Counted from the first letter of the stretch, positions 14,201 to 26,584 are shown. The stretch: 48,308 nucleotides of DNA from Seison nebaliae (GCA_023231475.1 JALJEE010000928.1:62001-110308); one strand, 5' to 3'. Numbers and translations: made by a program. Notes: generated by a model from the sequence alone, not told the origin.

Positions 14201-17200
14201 TTGGATGGAATATAAACAAAAGACAATTAGTGTTCAGCATTCTAAGAATTGTTGAATGAGAAGTAGGGGAACAAAACGGAAAATCTTCGGGACATCATTA
14301 TATGTTAAATGCTTGTCTATTATACTTAATGTTATTCCGTACAGTACGAACGGTACATTGGTAAATTATATTATTCTTCTATGAAGAATCGAACCTATGG
14401 AACTGGGAACAAATGAAATCATATCGCACACATTATGATCTAAGAATTGTAAGAGGAAATTTACAAATATATGATTTACTTACACCATATTATTGTGCCC
14501 ATAATATTCTCCTTAACAAATGCATATCGATGTAAGTATGCGTGAAATAATTTTTATGTTTCATTAAATTTTATTAAATTTATTAATATTCTTCTATATG
14601 CATTCATAATTGTGATACTTCACTTTTATCTACCAATACGTTACATAACTTATCAGATATACGTGATAAGCTAGCATCGTATTTTTGAGCTGATGCAAAT
14701 TTATCATATTGCTTACACAACTATCACAAGTACACACGTGTCTCTGTGTGTACGGGCAGTAGAAAGCGGTGCATACATAGAATTCCAAACAGAGAATTAA
14801 ATTATATGGAACTAAATACAAATAAATGTCGAAAAAACTGTTGAGAAAATTGAAAGCTATTCCAATTGCCCCAGTAACTAAACTAATGTCTGTCACATTA
14901 AGACACTTATGTCCTAAAGGTTTTCATAAATTAATATGATTAAATTAAATAGGAAACGATTTAAAATCCGAACTTAAATCCTCATTACCAAAGTGATCAC
15001 CACCGATTATTAATTGTTTCATTGGATAAATTATGAAGTTCACTAAATTTTCGACGATTCATCTTACATTGTTAAGATATTTCGCAAGGTGCTTGAAAGG
15101 AGTAGAATGTTTGTTTTTATTTTTTCCGGAAGAAAGTTTTGAAGGTTCAAATAATCCGTTTTTCGGTAGAAAGGAAATTTACGTCAAATTAATTTTTCTC
15201 CAATACATCAAGGAAATAAAAATAAATTTATTCAATTTTCATGAAAGTAGAAGAAATTTGACATGATCATGGAAACTGTTTTTGAGCAGTAAATTATCAT
15301 TAAACATATTGCGACGAGTTTCCATTGACAGATGGTGCCAAATTGATGTCTGTTTATATTTATGGAGAATGTCATTGAACATATGTGTCTCTTCTTGCTT
15401 CTCAACAATTCATCAAAAACTATAACGAATTTTGGTCAAAGTAGAATTACATGCAAATTGCAAATTAGAATATTATGCAGGATTTCTGTCGAAAAGATTT
15501 CTACTCTAACAAATAACAAAGCAAGATATTGACAAACATCTTTCTTCCTTTCCTATCTACTGACCTCTTTATCTATTCGATTTCTTATTATTATATGACC
15601 TCTCTCCGAGATAAGCGGGAATAATATTCGAGAGAAATCCCTTAAGGTTTATGGACGAAATTCCTTCTCCTGATGAACAATGACAGCAGAGGACGAATTG
15701 AAAAGGAAAAATTGAATTTATAGACTTATAACTGATGGACAACTATTTTTAGACAGTTCTCGAACTTTCCTTCTCGCCATTTAGGGAATCCTTCAAATGG
15801 GAAAAATGTACATTAATTCCACCACTCATTCATGGACCTAATCAGTTATATATATAATAAAATTTTTGTCAGATTATGCTCCACCTCTATTTCTCCATCC
15901 ATTGTCCTTATAAAATAGAGAAAAATTATCTAGTTTGATTTTGAAAATTACAAATTTTCACAACAACAACCTCAAATATTCTTCAACTGAATGAGACAAA
16001 TTATGAAACTATTAAATGATTCGGTGACAATTGTTCCAAGAGGAATGCAAAAAACTAAAGTGGTTGAAAAAGAAGAACAATTGTCACCAAATCCTTGTAA
16101 AAACTGAAAATAGTTTCTACCATTTATATACTAATAAAACGTTCCATAAAGCTTTAATGAAAAAAGAATCAAGTAGTTTGAAAAACATTTCAAAAATATT
16201 ATTCCATTCTTTCATTGAACTTCTGGTTATTCTATCATATTTCAAACATACAACCGCATAAATGAGCAAATTGTGTTTAAGGTCAACCTGAAGTTCGAAT
16301 TAATTTATCGATTAGGAAGAGGTAAACGGTCTACTAGGAAATTGAAAACCATAATTATTAAGAAGTTTATTATATTTTAGGAATCGATTAGTTGAATATT
16401 ATCCATGGGAATTAAATTTGAAGTGTCGGTCCATTATACCTCTTCTTTCAATCAGTCCGACATACAATCATGTACAATCATTAAAAATTTAATTTATATC
16501 ATAATAAACATATATAATATTTAGTCGGATACATCGGTCAAACTGTTGGTCATTCAAACATTACAATCAACATAATAATAGAATTATAGATAGATTATAA
16601 GTTTTAAATGTTCCATAGAAAATTCAAATAATTTCATACTTATCGCACTGTAGGACCAGTCTGAGTTTACATTTTTTCGCATCCGTTTCATTTATCATGA
16701 ATATCCGTTTGAGAAAATTTATATAATTTATTACAACCAAAGGTTTCCATAGATACGAGATAGAATGGTAGTATAAACATTAACTAATTATAATTGCCTT
16801 ATTGGAGCCTTATCTGTTCGATAAGGGTCCATCAGTCATTTTGTTACTTTTCACTTACTTAATCTTTTCAAACAAATTTTATTCGACATATTTTCCTTAT
16901 ATTCATTAATTCTGTTCAATAATAATCTTAACCTTCTCCTTTCACATTTCGTTGACACAATAATTCTATAAGGTCAATTATCATCACTATTTATTACAAG
17001 AGGTTTCACACTGTCGTGTACTGAAAGTAGAAAGAAGTTCCTGATAGAAATTGTTGCGAAAGAAGTTTTCTAGGTCTTTATTCGAAAATTTTATTACATT
17101 ATTGCAGTTCACTAAAGTCAACCGAATTGTTTTATTCTCCATACTTTAATAAATCATTAATAAATGAGTAAAGTTAAGTCATAACTTCATATTCGTCGGA

Positions 17201-19366
17201 TCCATAGATATTTGATGGATTCCGACATTTAGACAAATAAATTTAAGTATTATTTCAAATATTATCGACAATATTTTATAATATTGTCACAGTGATATTT
17301 AAGAAAGGTATAAAAAAATGTGATGAATTCAATTATTATTTTTTTCTATTTATTAAAAAGATATTATAACTTCCTATCAGGAAGAGCGAAATGATCAAAT
17401 ATCCATCTTGTTATTTACCATTTACTATTGTCAAACTGTAAGAGCAAATGATTATAACAAACAAAGCAGAGCGAGTAATTTCTCATTTAACGATCTTTTC
17501 TTCATATATCCGTTTCATGTGCCGGAATTCATTCAATTCAAAGGTTTAGGATCGAATATCATCTTGTTATTCCACCTGTTCATACTATTCATTGTGGAGA
17601 ATTAGTCATTCTGTAAACGGGAAACAATTCACTTAATTCTTAATTTAAGTTAAAATACTCTTTTAAAATCATATTACCAATGAAAGTTCTCATTTGTAAA
17701 CAAAAAATTACATTACGAAAAACTCTAAAGTTCTCAAGCTCGAATTATAATTTTCGACTTCTCATTGCACATTCTGATCTTACGAAGACTGTTTTGTTAC
17801 GAACAAACCTTAATACTAATGATTTTCGTTAGAGAGATTATTAATTTTCTATTAGAAATTTAAATTTACGAAACACTCCCCCATAAACGAAAGAAATGAA
17901 TGAATTAGAATGAATTATGGTTTAAAAGAAACCATAAATACGAATAGTCGTCATGACACAACTTCCCGTGCTAAACTTGAATTCATATGTGACATTTCTT
18001 CCTTGTAATCATTCGGATAAAAACATTGAAATATATGGAAAATATAATTAGTTGGTCTGATAACTTCTCCATAACACGTCGAAATTTCGCATAAAACTTC
18101 ACAGAAATTATGATTATATCTGTTTTTCTTCCGCAAAATGAACTTTATAAATTACTACGCTCAAAAGAACGATTATGCCATTTCGACATTTCTATACCCA
18201 TTTGCATTGGAGAAAGAGAGAGAGATAATGTCTATTCAATATACTTTCGTTCTAAAAGCAATTATTTCGGGAAATGAATAAATAATTATGTTTTTAGTAA
18301 TGATATTATGATCGATACCTGTTCCTGCAAACATATTGAGAAACATTCGCAAATGCAAATGTTCTTCATCAATTTAAACATCTCTTATTGAATCGAAATT
18401 TGTTTTCACTAACAAATTCTAATTAGGAATCTACTACCAATAGGTATCGGGAACTGTAGGGAAATACATATGAGAAAAAATGTTGAATCAATAAGTGTCA
18501 TAATTACTCTATTGACATGAGAAAGATATTTGAAAACGAACTATCACTGATAGTCTATTATCAGCCTTCCATCTTTGAACTTTTTTGTGTACGATTGGAA
18601 GAAGGTTTTGCGACATTCAATAAACGATAAGGCCGGACAACTAAGACAATAAACAAAGCATTTATCTTTTTAACGTCATGTTATGTTTCATGAAAATAAA
18701 TTTTCGATTAATGGAATAATAATATATGGCACAACTCATGTTTCTCAACCAGTTTCATTCGATGATAATGAATGAAAAACTTTGTCGATGGTCCAAGCTG
18801 GTTAATTTCATTAATTTCCCTCCTGACTTTGCGTAAACGATATTTAAATGAACAATAAAAATCATCTTAAGCACTTGATTTTGTGAATGCACCGTCATTC
18901 TAAGTTTGATATTGATTTGAATTTGAAAAGGCACTTAAGGCTGAATTGGGTTATTGGAAATCAATTGCAAAGGATACAATCAATATGATTTAGATGTTAT
19001 CATAAAGAATAATATCAGCAGAAATGATGAAAATATACATTTATCTTCGAAATACAGCAGACATTATATTTCTTCTACATTATACAATTTATACATAATC
19101 AAAACAATTATAATATTCGTGAAAATATAGTTTAAAAATAGTTTAAAATAAATAATTGGAATAACATATCTTCGATTTTTAAAAATAAGATAATTTAAGA
19201 AGAAATGACAATGTTAATTTTATGGGCCATAACCTATAACATTGGAGTTATTTAATCGTATACTACAAATTGTAGAAAGAAATAAAATGTGAAACATTTC
19301 ACTTTCTGATTTAAATTTCAATTTAAATCGATTTTAAAACGATTGTATGGAACTAATTGGGAAAAA

Positions 19367-20230
19367 ATGAAAGATTATTCTTTGAATGATACTGACCTTA
19401 CGAGTTCGGTAATTGGAGGTTTAGAATATTCGGGAGCTATTGGTTATCATTTCTGAAATTAGTTATCATAATATAAAATATTAATGGTGATAGGAGTGAT
19501 TTTAAATAATTTCGCATTCCATATTGAGGAATCGTTCGCTTATATAATTATCGGTCTTTGTGTTCCTTTATTATTGGCGATTATTCTGTTATTCTTCCAA
19601 GTACGTCATGGAATATTCCAACAACTAATTCCAAAATTTGGTGAACAATCTTATGATTGGACGACTACAGTGGATCACAAGAAATTCACGGAAGAAGCAG
19701 AACAACTTGCGAACAATGAAATTGCGATAGATGAAGTGAACGATCCAATCGACTCATCATCAAAGAGCAATCGAGTTAAATTCGATATACCTCCACAATC
19801 AACATCTAATTCAATGAGAATGGCATCTTTTCCTTCAAATAAAACTGCGGCTAACTTAAATTTCGACGAGGAAACGAAGGATACCTCAATCTTCAATAAT
19901 ATCATACCAGAGTCGATGACTTATCGATCATCCACTAAACAGCCGACCGATATGAATAAATCAAGTAGCGAAATAGATCCTTCTTTAGAAACGGTGAGAA
20001 ACTTCCCGAATTTCCTTCACTTTCCTCAGAGCTCAGCAAATCCATCGACGGATCAAAAGATAAAAAATCTTCAATCAAAAACGAAACAGATTGGACACAG
20101 GAAACCGAAGAATAAGGACACACCTTATTCCTATTATATGTATAAAGCATTAGCATTACTGTTAGAGTCATCATCGGATACTGCGGTGAATCAGCAATCG
20201 AAAAAGAAGAAGCGAAATAAGAAGAAATAA
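19367..20230 (+). CDS. Orphan single-pass membrane protein (~270 aa) with a basic C-terminus
   Basis: 248-aa ORF with hydrophobic helix AYIIIGLCVPLLLAIILLFF and C-terminal KKKKRNKKK. Probable upstream exon from ATG 19367 (MKDYSLNDT..) joined by a phase-1 intron at 19443-19493. No family recognised. Confidence 0.6.
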
Positions 20231-20869
20231 TAAGTTTCTATTAATTTAAATTAAGTTCACTAATAAGAGATGATGTGAGAAAGTGATTAAAGTACAAGTT
20301 GTTACAAGTTCTATTTGTATTTAATTTACTTTTTGGATTACTATCTTGTCTCGTCTTGATACTTTAAATGAATTGAGACAATTTTTAAAATAAAAGTTCT
20401 TGAAAAGTTTAGTTGAAGTGGTAGTAGATCTAATAATAAGAATGATTATTTGTATGTACACGCTGTTAAACATTTCGTCGAATTAGACTTTGGTAAAATA
20501 TATTTTGAATTGAAACCGTTTAATTTTTCTCTGTATCCGGCCAATAGGAAGAGAGGGAGAAAGATATTCAAACACTAATGATGACTCGTTATTAGACTGA
20601 AAGAGGAAATAAAAGGTGGAAAATGGTATACATTAATCATTCCAGTACCAATTTTTGGAAAGAGTAAGCTTAAAATTTAAATAGTGAAGTAATGTAAAAT
20701 AAACTTTTTTCGTTTAATAAACATTCATTTGAAATAAGACCACGACTTTACTGTACTCTTTTGAAAACGCGCAGTTCCAAAACTAAAGTACATTAATTTC
20801 ATTCGAACATTAGACAATTCTCGTCTTTGCCATTCGTCATTTGTAACAGTTCGATTCTTCGTTTTCTTT

Positions 20870-22294
20870 ATGGAATTACATCAAATGCTCCAAGAGTGTT
20901 GTAACCAGACACCACGAACATCCACTTCATTTAGGCGTGCTGTAATTCTCCCGCCACCGGGACCAGTATTTCCTCGTATCTATGACGACCAATCAATAAA
21001 TTCTCCTTTATCCGCCTACTTGTTCAATGAGGATAACTCGACCGTTTGTGAGACGTCTGTGCGAGAAATCTTAGAGAATTTTAGAATTGAGAATGACGTT
21101 GTTTTGTACAACGGCCATACCAATATGCATCCACATTTGCAACAATTTGCAACTCCCGATATGGTTTCTCCTTCGAGGCCAATTCACTCGAACGATCTCA
21201 GGAATATTTCGATGATGAATCAGGAAAATCGTTACTTTGATCGATTTCATCCTCATGGTCATCGTAATTTTTATCCTCGACGACGTTCAACGACTCGAAC
21301 TCATTTCAATTCTCCGCAACAGGAATTTTATCCTCCATTCCCGATACGACGTGCTCCGATATCCTTCTCAATTAATTCTGTTCAATTACAGAGGATGCCA
21401 ATTCAATCGAATTTGCATCAATTCCATATGGATTATTATTCATCTCAAAACAACGACGAAGAATTTATTGGAGGATATGCGTACAAATTGGCTGTTGGAC
21501 AAAACAATGGAATTCTAACGGAGTATAATTGTCCTATTTGTCTCAATATTATCAAGGACGCAATTCAGACAACCTGTGGTCATCGCTTCTGTCTCACTTG
21601 TTATGAGAGATATGTTGCTCAAAGTTCGACCACGTTAACTGATCATGTTCGTTGTCCAATCGATAAATTACCGTTAGAAGGCATCTTCTCTGACGTCGCA
21701 TTTAGAAGAGAAATTCTTTCTCTAAAAGTGGAATGTGAGAACAGTCATTGTGAATGGACAGGTGAAATTCGAAATATGAAGAAACATGTTGATGAATGTA
21801 ACGCAGTTGAGATTCAATGTCCATTCGAGATGGCTATTCAACAATTTATTGATATGTGTAGTCATTCATTTGATGTACGTCCTATGAAATGTTTGTTGGA
21901 TAAACATAAATCGGTGAATAAAGTTCATTTTAGTTCGATGCAATACCATTTGGATAACGAGTGTCCATTACGTCCGGTCGTTTGTGAGAGATGTGACGAA
22001 GGAGAATATGCATTGAAATTATTCAAAACTATCGATTGGACTAGTTATGTGTTGAAGGAGCAAATGGAAAGATTCCGACGGAATTTCCAACCAATCAATC
22101 AATTGAATGAGGAGACAATCAAAAAGAATAATAGTCAAGTAAATGTCTTTTATTTGTTGTTGATCGATCATTCATTCAAATGTTATCATAAGAATGAAAG
22201 TTCAAAGAATATCATCTTCCAAAATGGCAATCCATATTATCTTCCGTATATTAGACCACATTCTTGTAAAAACATTGGTAGAGATGGAGAATGA
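20870..22294 (+). CDS. TRAF6-type RING finger plus TRAF zinc finger protein (probable E3 ligase); no MATH/TRAF-C domain visible
   Basis: C3HC3D RING CPIC..CGHRFCLTC..CPID, then FSDVAFRREILSLKVECEN..CEWTGE..KHVDEC and HLDNECPLRPVVCERC. Confidence 0.85.
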   Translation: MELHQMLQECCNQTPRTSTSFRRAVILPPPGPVFPRIYDDQSINSPLSAYLFNEDNSTVCETSVREILENFRIENDVVLYNGHTNMHPHLQQFATPDMVSPSRPIHSNDLRNISMMNQENRYFDRFHPHGHRNFYPRRRSTTRTHFNSPQQEFYPPFPIRRAPISFSINSVQLQRMPIQSNLHQFHMDYYSSQNNDEEFIGGYAYKLAVGQNNGILTEYNCPICLNIIKDAIQTTCGHRFCLTCYERYVAQSSTTLTDHVRCPIDKLPLEGIFSDVAFRREILSLKVECENSHCEWTGEIRNMKKHVDECNAVEIQCPFEMAIQQFIDMCSHSFDVRPMKCLLDKHKSVNKVHFSSMQYHLDNECPLRPVVCERCDEGEYALKLFKTIDWTSYVLKEQMERFRRNFQPINQLNEETIKKNNSQVNVFYLLLIDHSFKCYHKNESSKNIIFQNGNPYYLPYIRPHSCKNIGRDGE

Positions 22295-22606
22295 AGAAAT
22301 CGAAGTTGTTATGTAAAATTATGTGGATGATATCTGAGTGAAATAATTGTTTTGAATTGTCAACTGTTATTGTTTTTTATTTTTTCTTTTCTATCAAATA
22401 AAAGTCCTTTTCTGGAAAATATTATTATGAATTAGATTAAGAAATTTTATTTCTTTCTAAAATTTTCAATTTATGTCTTGGGGAGAATATTTATAAAACG
22501 TTTATTAGATTTTATTATAAGGAAAAAAATTTGATATTTCCTAAATGGAAATTGAAATAGGAACTGATTTTTTTGGTTTAGTGAAGAAATAGAAAATAAT
22601 AATTGG

Positions 22607-25600
22607 ATGGAATATTCAGATAATATTCTTCCTTATAATATTCATTCCAATAATTATTTATTGGAGAATGAACAAAATGATTTCCATCCATTGACTAATC
22701 CTGTTAAAAGACATGGTCATTTGAGAATAGCTGAACGGTCTGATGATTTGGATGAACCGATGGATAAATTTGAGGAGAAGGTACAGAAAAAAATTGAGAG
22801 ATTAAAAAGTAATTTGGTTTTGGCGAAAGCCAGGAAGACGATGAAACCGATGCAAGTGATAACTGTTAAGAATTCTCATGAAACATATTTACCCATTTTC
22901 CTCATCTTTCAAATAATCAGTTTCGTAATGGTATTTTCTTTCTTCTTCTACATTGCCGTTGCATATTTCAAGAAGAAAGCGGACCAAGATGTATATAGTA
23001 ATTACAGGAATTTAAAACCGTCTTACAGACAAGGTTCATTATCTCCAACCGGATCAATGCGAACATCATTTCCTTCAAAGAGACACAAAAGTAGAAGTAG
23101 TACAACAAAACGAATAGAAAATTTATTGAATGAAAAACTTAATGAACAATCTCCATCGAGAAATACCGGTTATGGTCCTCTGTCTAGTTCAAAGAGAAAT
23201 CGCAGAGTATCTATAGCGAATCCTGCTTCAAACAAGAGTCATCACTCTTATTTCCCAAATGAAGCAACTCATAATCAAGTATCTTCATTTAAACTTAGTA
23301 GTAGAGTAAATCAACCGTCTACCAAACCAAATATGAGGCCAATATCAGAAATGCCACAACAACCATCAATTAGAAATACTCTTCTGGAGGATAGTGGAAG
23401 AAGGAGTGGTCGACATCATACAACTAGTCGTCGCAGTCATAGTAGACGTCGAAGTAGTCGAGGGAGTCATGGACGACGTAGGAGTAGTCGAGGTGGTCAT
23501 GGTAGACGTAGAAGTAGTTATGGTCGACGTAAAAGTAGTCGTGGTAGTTATGGTCGACGTAGAAGTAGACGACGTAGTCATAGTAAACGTAGAAATCGGA
23601 GAAGAAGTAGCAGAAATTCAGAAGGAAAAAACTTTGGGATGACAGTAAAAACTGTAATGTATGATCGTCGAAGTTCTCAGATGGGAAATATTCAGACGAT
23701 GAACAGTCAGAGAACGAATGGAAGACGAACATCTCAAATTCATCCCACAAATTCGATATCGGGAAGAATTTCCCAAACAATACCCATGAATGTTATAATG
23801 AGACCAGAACGTAGAAAACCAGATGTAGTTTTCAGTCCAAAAATAGGACACTCAGCTTCACCTAGCAAACGGATAATAGTTTCCAATTATCGTAATTCTG
23901 GATCATATAATCCAAGTTCTAAACGTAGTCGACATAATCGACATAGTTCCATGAGTAGATCTTCGAGTATGGGTTGTTCAGGGACTTGTGATTCTCGAAG
24001 TAGTGATATAACCAAGATTAATATTATCGGACATAAAACTAGTTCTATTCGTTCGAGTATAAATGGAAGATTTAGTCCAGGAGGAGAAGGAGAAAATGAC
24101 AAGTCGACGACACATTTCGAGAAACAATTGGTACCCAAATTTTCAAGTACTTTTAAAAAACGATCAAGTACTTCATTACATAAAAAAAGATTATCTCAAT
24201 ATCCTACCGAATATTACCAAAAATCTTCGAAAAAGGAACGACAAAGATTTTCTGTTATTCGTCCACAAAGTGTTTTTGCCGAACAATCTTTAAGAAATAT
24301 ACCTTCACAAGATTTCAGTAATGTTAAGAGTCAAGTCGTTCCTGTAAATGAGAGTAATGAAAATTTTTTACAAAATTTAACGAATATTAATTCGATACAT
24401 TCAATTGCTCCTATCAAATCATCACGACGGTCAAGTAGAATGATGAAACAACCCGTCCAATCTGAGCAATTACAAGTCAGATCATCCATTAATATTAGTC
24501 CCAATATCCAAAAATCTAGGAGTCGACGACAATCAACAAAATTTATGGATGGTGTTACTCCTTCCGAACAATTTCTCCCACAAACTGAATATTCGGTCTC
24601 CAATGTTAATGTTGGTAGACCATCAATAATGGATGGAGGTGATAGTCCTTCAATACAACCTTCTGCGTCTAAATTTCAAAATTTTTCATTTTCGAGAAGT
24701 CCATCGATTAATCCCGCTATTATGAACAATCAACTTTCTATCATGAAAAATGAAGGTAATCGTAGCTCATTTATCGGAAATGAATTTAACCGTTCGTCAA
24801 GTTTCGTCGGCCATAATCCACCTGCACAGAAAGAGTCATTTGTAAAAAATGAAACGAAAATTAACAGTCGTAGAAACTCTTCAGTATTTTTCAATCAAGC
24901 TAATCCGTCTGTCAATCCATTATTTTTTAATGAATCTTCTGGTGTGAATTATGGACAAAGTAGTACAATGCCGAATAGAAATCCGAGTGACAGATCAATG
25001 AATTCACCAACAAATCAATCTTTTGTTAAACCAAATTCGTCAGTCATGACAAATCGAAGAAATTCTTCTCGTTTTTTCGGAAATTCAACAAATCCTTCAA
25101 CAAATCAGTTATTCATGAATAACGATAGTTCAACTGTTAATAATGATAGGATGTCATTTAGGCAGAGTAATATGACTAAACCAAGTATGTCCGGTCAACA
25201 ATCGTTTATCAATCAAAGGCCGTCGTCCAATATGAGCAGAAGAAGTTCTTCAGTATTTTTTTTGAACCAAAGTAATCCTTCAGTAAATCCGGTTTTTATG
25301 AATAATCCGTCTGTAGCTAATGCTGCCGAAAATTTGGGATCTCCTGTTAATAATGATCCAAGTAATCGATCGACTATTAAATCTTTTGTAAATAGTAATC
25401 AATCATTCATTAATAATCAACCAAATTCATCCGTATCTGTTAATCCAGGTAATATACCATTAAACATGTTATCAGATAGATCAGTTAGAAATAATAGATC
25501 ATCAATGATGACTAATCAACGAAATTCAAGTTTACGTAACAGTATTCGTAGTAGTGCAGTAGGTCAATCGACTTTTGCGAGTAATGTTCCGAGTAGTAAT

Positions 25601-26584
25601 ATGATCAATTATGAAAGATCATCATCTTTCTTTGGTGATCAAAATAATCCTTTAATAAATCCCATACTCCTAAATAATGAATCAGTAATGACGAACGATA
25701 ATCAAGAAGAACGATCGAATATAGATAGACAATCACAATTGAATGGATCAATTAATTATTCAAAAAAGAATTCCGTGGTACAAAGTAATAGTGTAAATAA
25801 TCCAACTTTTTTACCTAACCAAAATAATCCTTCAATAAATCCACTCTTTATGGGTGATCGTTCATCAACTGTTAATAACGGAAGAATTTCTTCAACATTT
25901 CCCAATATTAATAATCCTAGTGGAGAAAACTTCGTCAATCAATCTAAACCAATACTAGACGCTCAATTGAGTGAACAAAGATTCATTGGGAATAAACATC
26001 CTTCCATTTCTGTCCAAGCTTCAAAATTTTCTTTACTTGATGGTGCTTCAATAAATCCTGCTTATGACGGTTCTCTGCAAAATGGCCATAGAGATTCATC
26101 CACATTAAATCGTAATCCATTAACTTCCCAAAATCAGTTTAATCCTTCTCAGAATGAAATTGTATCTAATCAATCGAGATATTCTAATGTCAATGGAAGA
26201 AGTTTTTCAATGTTCAATGAACCTTCGGTCAATCCTGTTATGGTAGCGAGTAATATGAATCAAAATTCTTCCAACAATCAAATATCTTCTAATAGAACTA
26301 ATAATTACCATGCTAGAAAGAAAGATTCTAGTAACTTCTCTCCAATTGTCAAACGACCGTCCGTTCTTTCTACAATATCTGCCAGACCTAAACGTAGTCT
26401 AAGTAAAGATGTTGAGAAAAATGGAACGAATAAGAAGCATAATAAAAAAGAATTATCGCCATTTAGTCGCAACCGATGTAACATTGCCAGCGTACCTGCT
26501 GACAATTTACATAACGAAGATTATAATTTTACTAAAATTTTTAAAAGTTATGGGAGATCAACCAGCAAACATAGACCAAAATGA
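22607..26584 (+). CDS. 1325-aa intronless orphan: N-proximal TM helix, Arg/Ser/Gly/His protamine-like block, long N/S-rich region with NPSxNP repeats
   Basis: 3.98-kb open frame in very AT-rich DNA. TM helix YLPIFLIFQIISFVMVFSFFFYIAVAYF followed by KKK. Internal repeats visible. Confidence 0.85.
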   Translation: MEYSDNILPYNIHSNNYLLENEQNDFHPLTNPVKRHGHLRIAERSDDLDEPMDKFEEKVQKKIERLKSNLVLAKARKTMKPMQVITVKNSHETYLPIFLIFQIISFVMVFSFFFYIAVAYFKKKADQDVYSNYRNLKPSYRQGSLSPTGSMRTSFPSKRHKSRSSTTKRIENLLNEKLNEQSPSRNTGYGPLSSSKRNRRVSIANPASNKSHHSYFPNEATHNQVSSFKLSSRVNQPSTKPNMRPISEMPQQPSIRNTLLEDSGRRSGRHHTTSRRSHSRRRSSRGSHGRRRSSRGGHGRRRSSYGRRKSSRGSYGRRRSRRRSHSKRRNRRRSSRNSEGKNFGMTVKTVMYDRRSSQMGNIQTMNSQRTNGRRTSQIHPTNSISGRISQTIPMNVIMRPERRKPDVVFSPKIGHSASPSKRIIVSNYRNSGSYNPSSKRSRHNRHSSMSRSSSMGCSGTCDSRSSDITKINIIGHKTSSIRSSINGRFSPGGEGENDKSTTHFEKQLVPKFSSTFKKRSSTSLHKKRLSQYPTEYYQKSSKKERQRFSVIRPQSVFAEQSLRNIPSQDFSNVKSQVVPVNESNENFLQNLTNINSIHSIAPIKSSRRSSRMMKQPVQSEQLQVRSSINISPNIQKSRSRRQSTKFMDGVTPSEQFLPQTEYSVSNVNVGRPSIMDGGDSPSIQPSASKFQNFSFSRSPSINPAIMNNQLSIMKNEGNRSSFIGNEFNRSSSFVGHNPPAQKESFVKNETKINSRRNSSVFFNQANPSVNPLFFNESSGVNYGQSSTMPNRNPSDRSMNSPTNQSFVKPNSSVMTNRRNSSRFFGNSTNPSTNQLFMNNDSSTVNNDRMSFRQSNMTKPSMSGQQSFINQRPSSNMSRRSSSVFFLNQSNPSVNPVFMNNPSVANAAENLGSPVNNDPSNRSTIKSFVNSNQSFINNQPNSSVSVNPGNIPLNMLSDRSVRNNRSSMMTNQRNSSLRNSIRSSAVGQSTFASNVPSSNMINYERSSSFFGDQNNPLINPILLNNESVMTNDNQEERSNIDRQSQLNGSINYSKKNSVVQSNSVNNPTFLPNQNNPSINPLFMGDRSSTVNNGRISSTFPNINNPSGENFVNQSKPILDAQLSEQRFIGNKHPSISVQASKFSLLDGASINPAYDGSLQNGHRDSSTLNRNPLTSQNQFNPSQNEIVSNQSRYSNVNGRSFSMFNEPSVNPVMVASNMNQNSSNNQISSNRTNNYHARKKDSSNFSPIVKRPSVLSTISARPKRSLSKDVEKNGTNKKHNKKELSPFSRNRCNIASVPADNLHNEDYNFTKIFKSYGRSTSKHRPK
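23429..23614 (+). repeat. Degenerate ~21-30 nt coding tandem repeat (GGxCGACGTAGAAGTAGT..) encoding GRRRSSRGxH units
   Basis: Repeated ggtcgacgtagaagtag / ggtagacgtagaagtag / ggacgacgtaggagtag units seen directly. Confidence 0.85.

Noticed and set aside
8701..18136. Numerous 60-95 aa ORFs rich in F/I/L/N/K
   Set aside because: Composition is what random AT-rich sequence gives; no motifs and no consistent splice chain.
23366..23851. Several overlapping antisense or alternate-frame ORFs (poly-T, poly-V, YD-rich)
   Set aside because: Shadows of the RS-coding tandem repeat; the same applies to the Val-rich ORFs at 27829-28533 opposite the mucin stalk.
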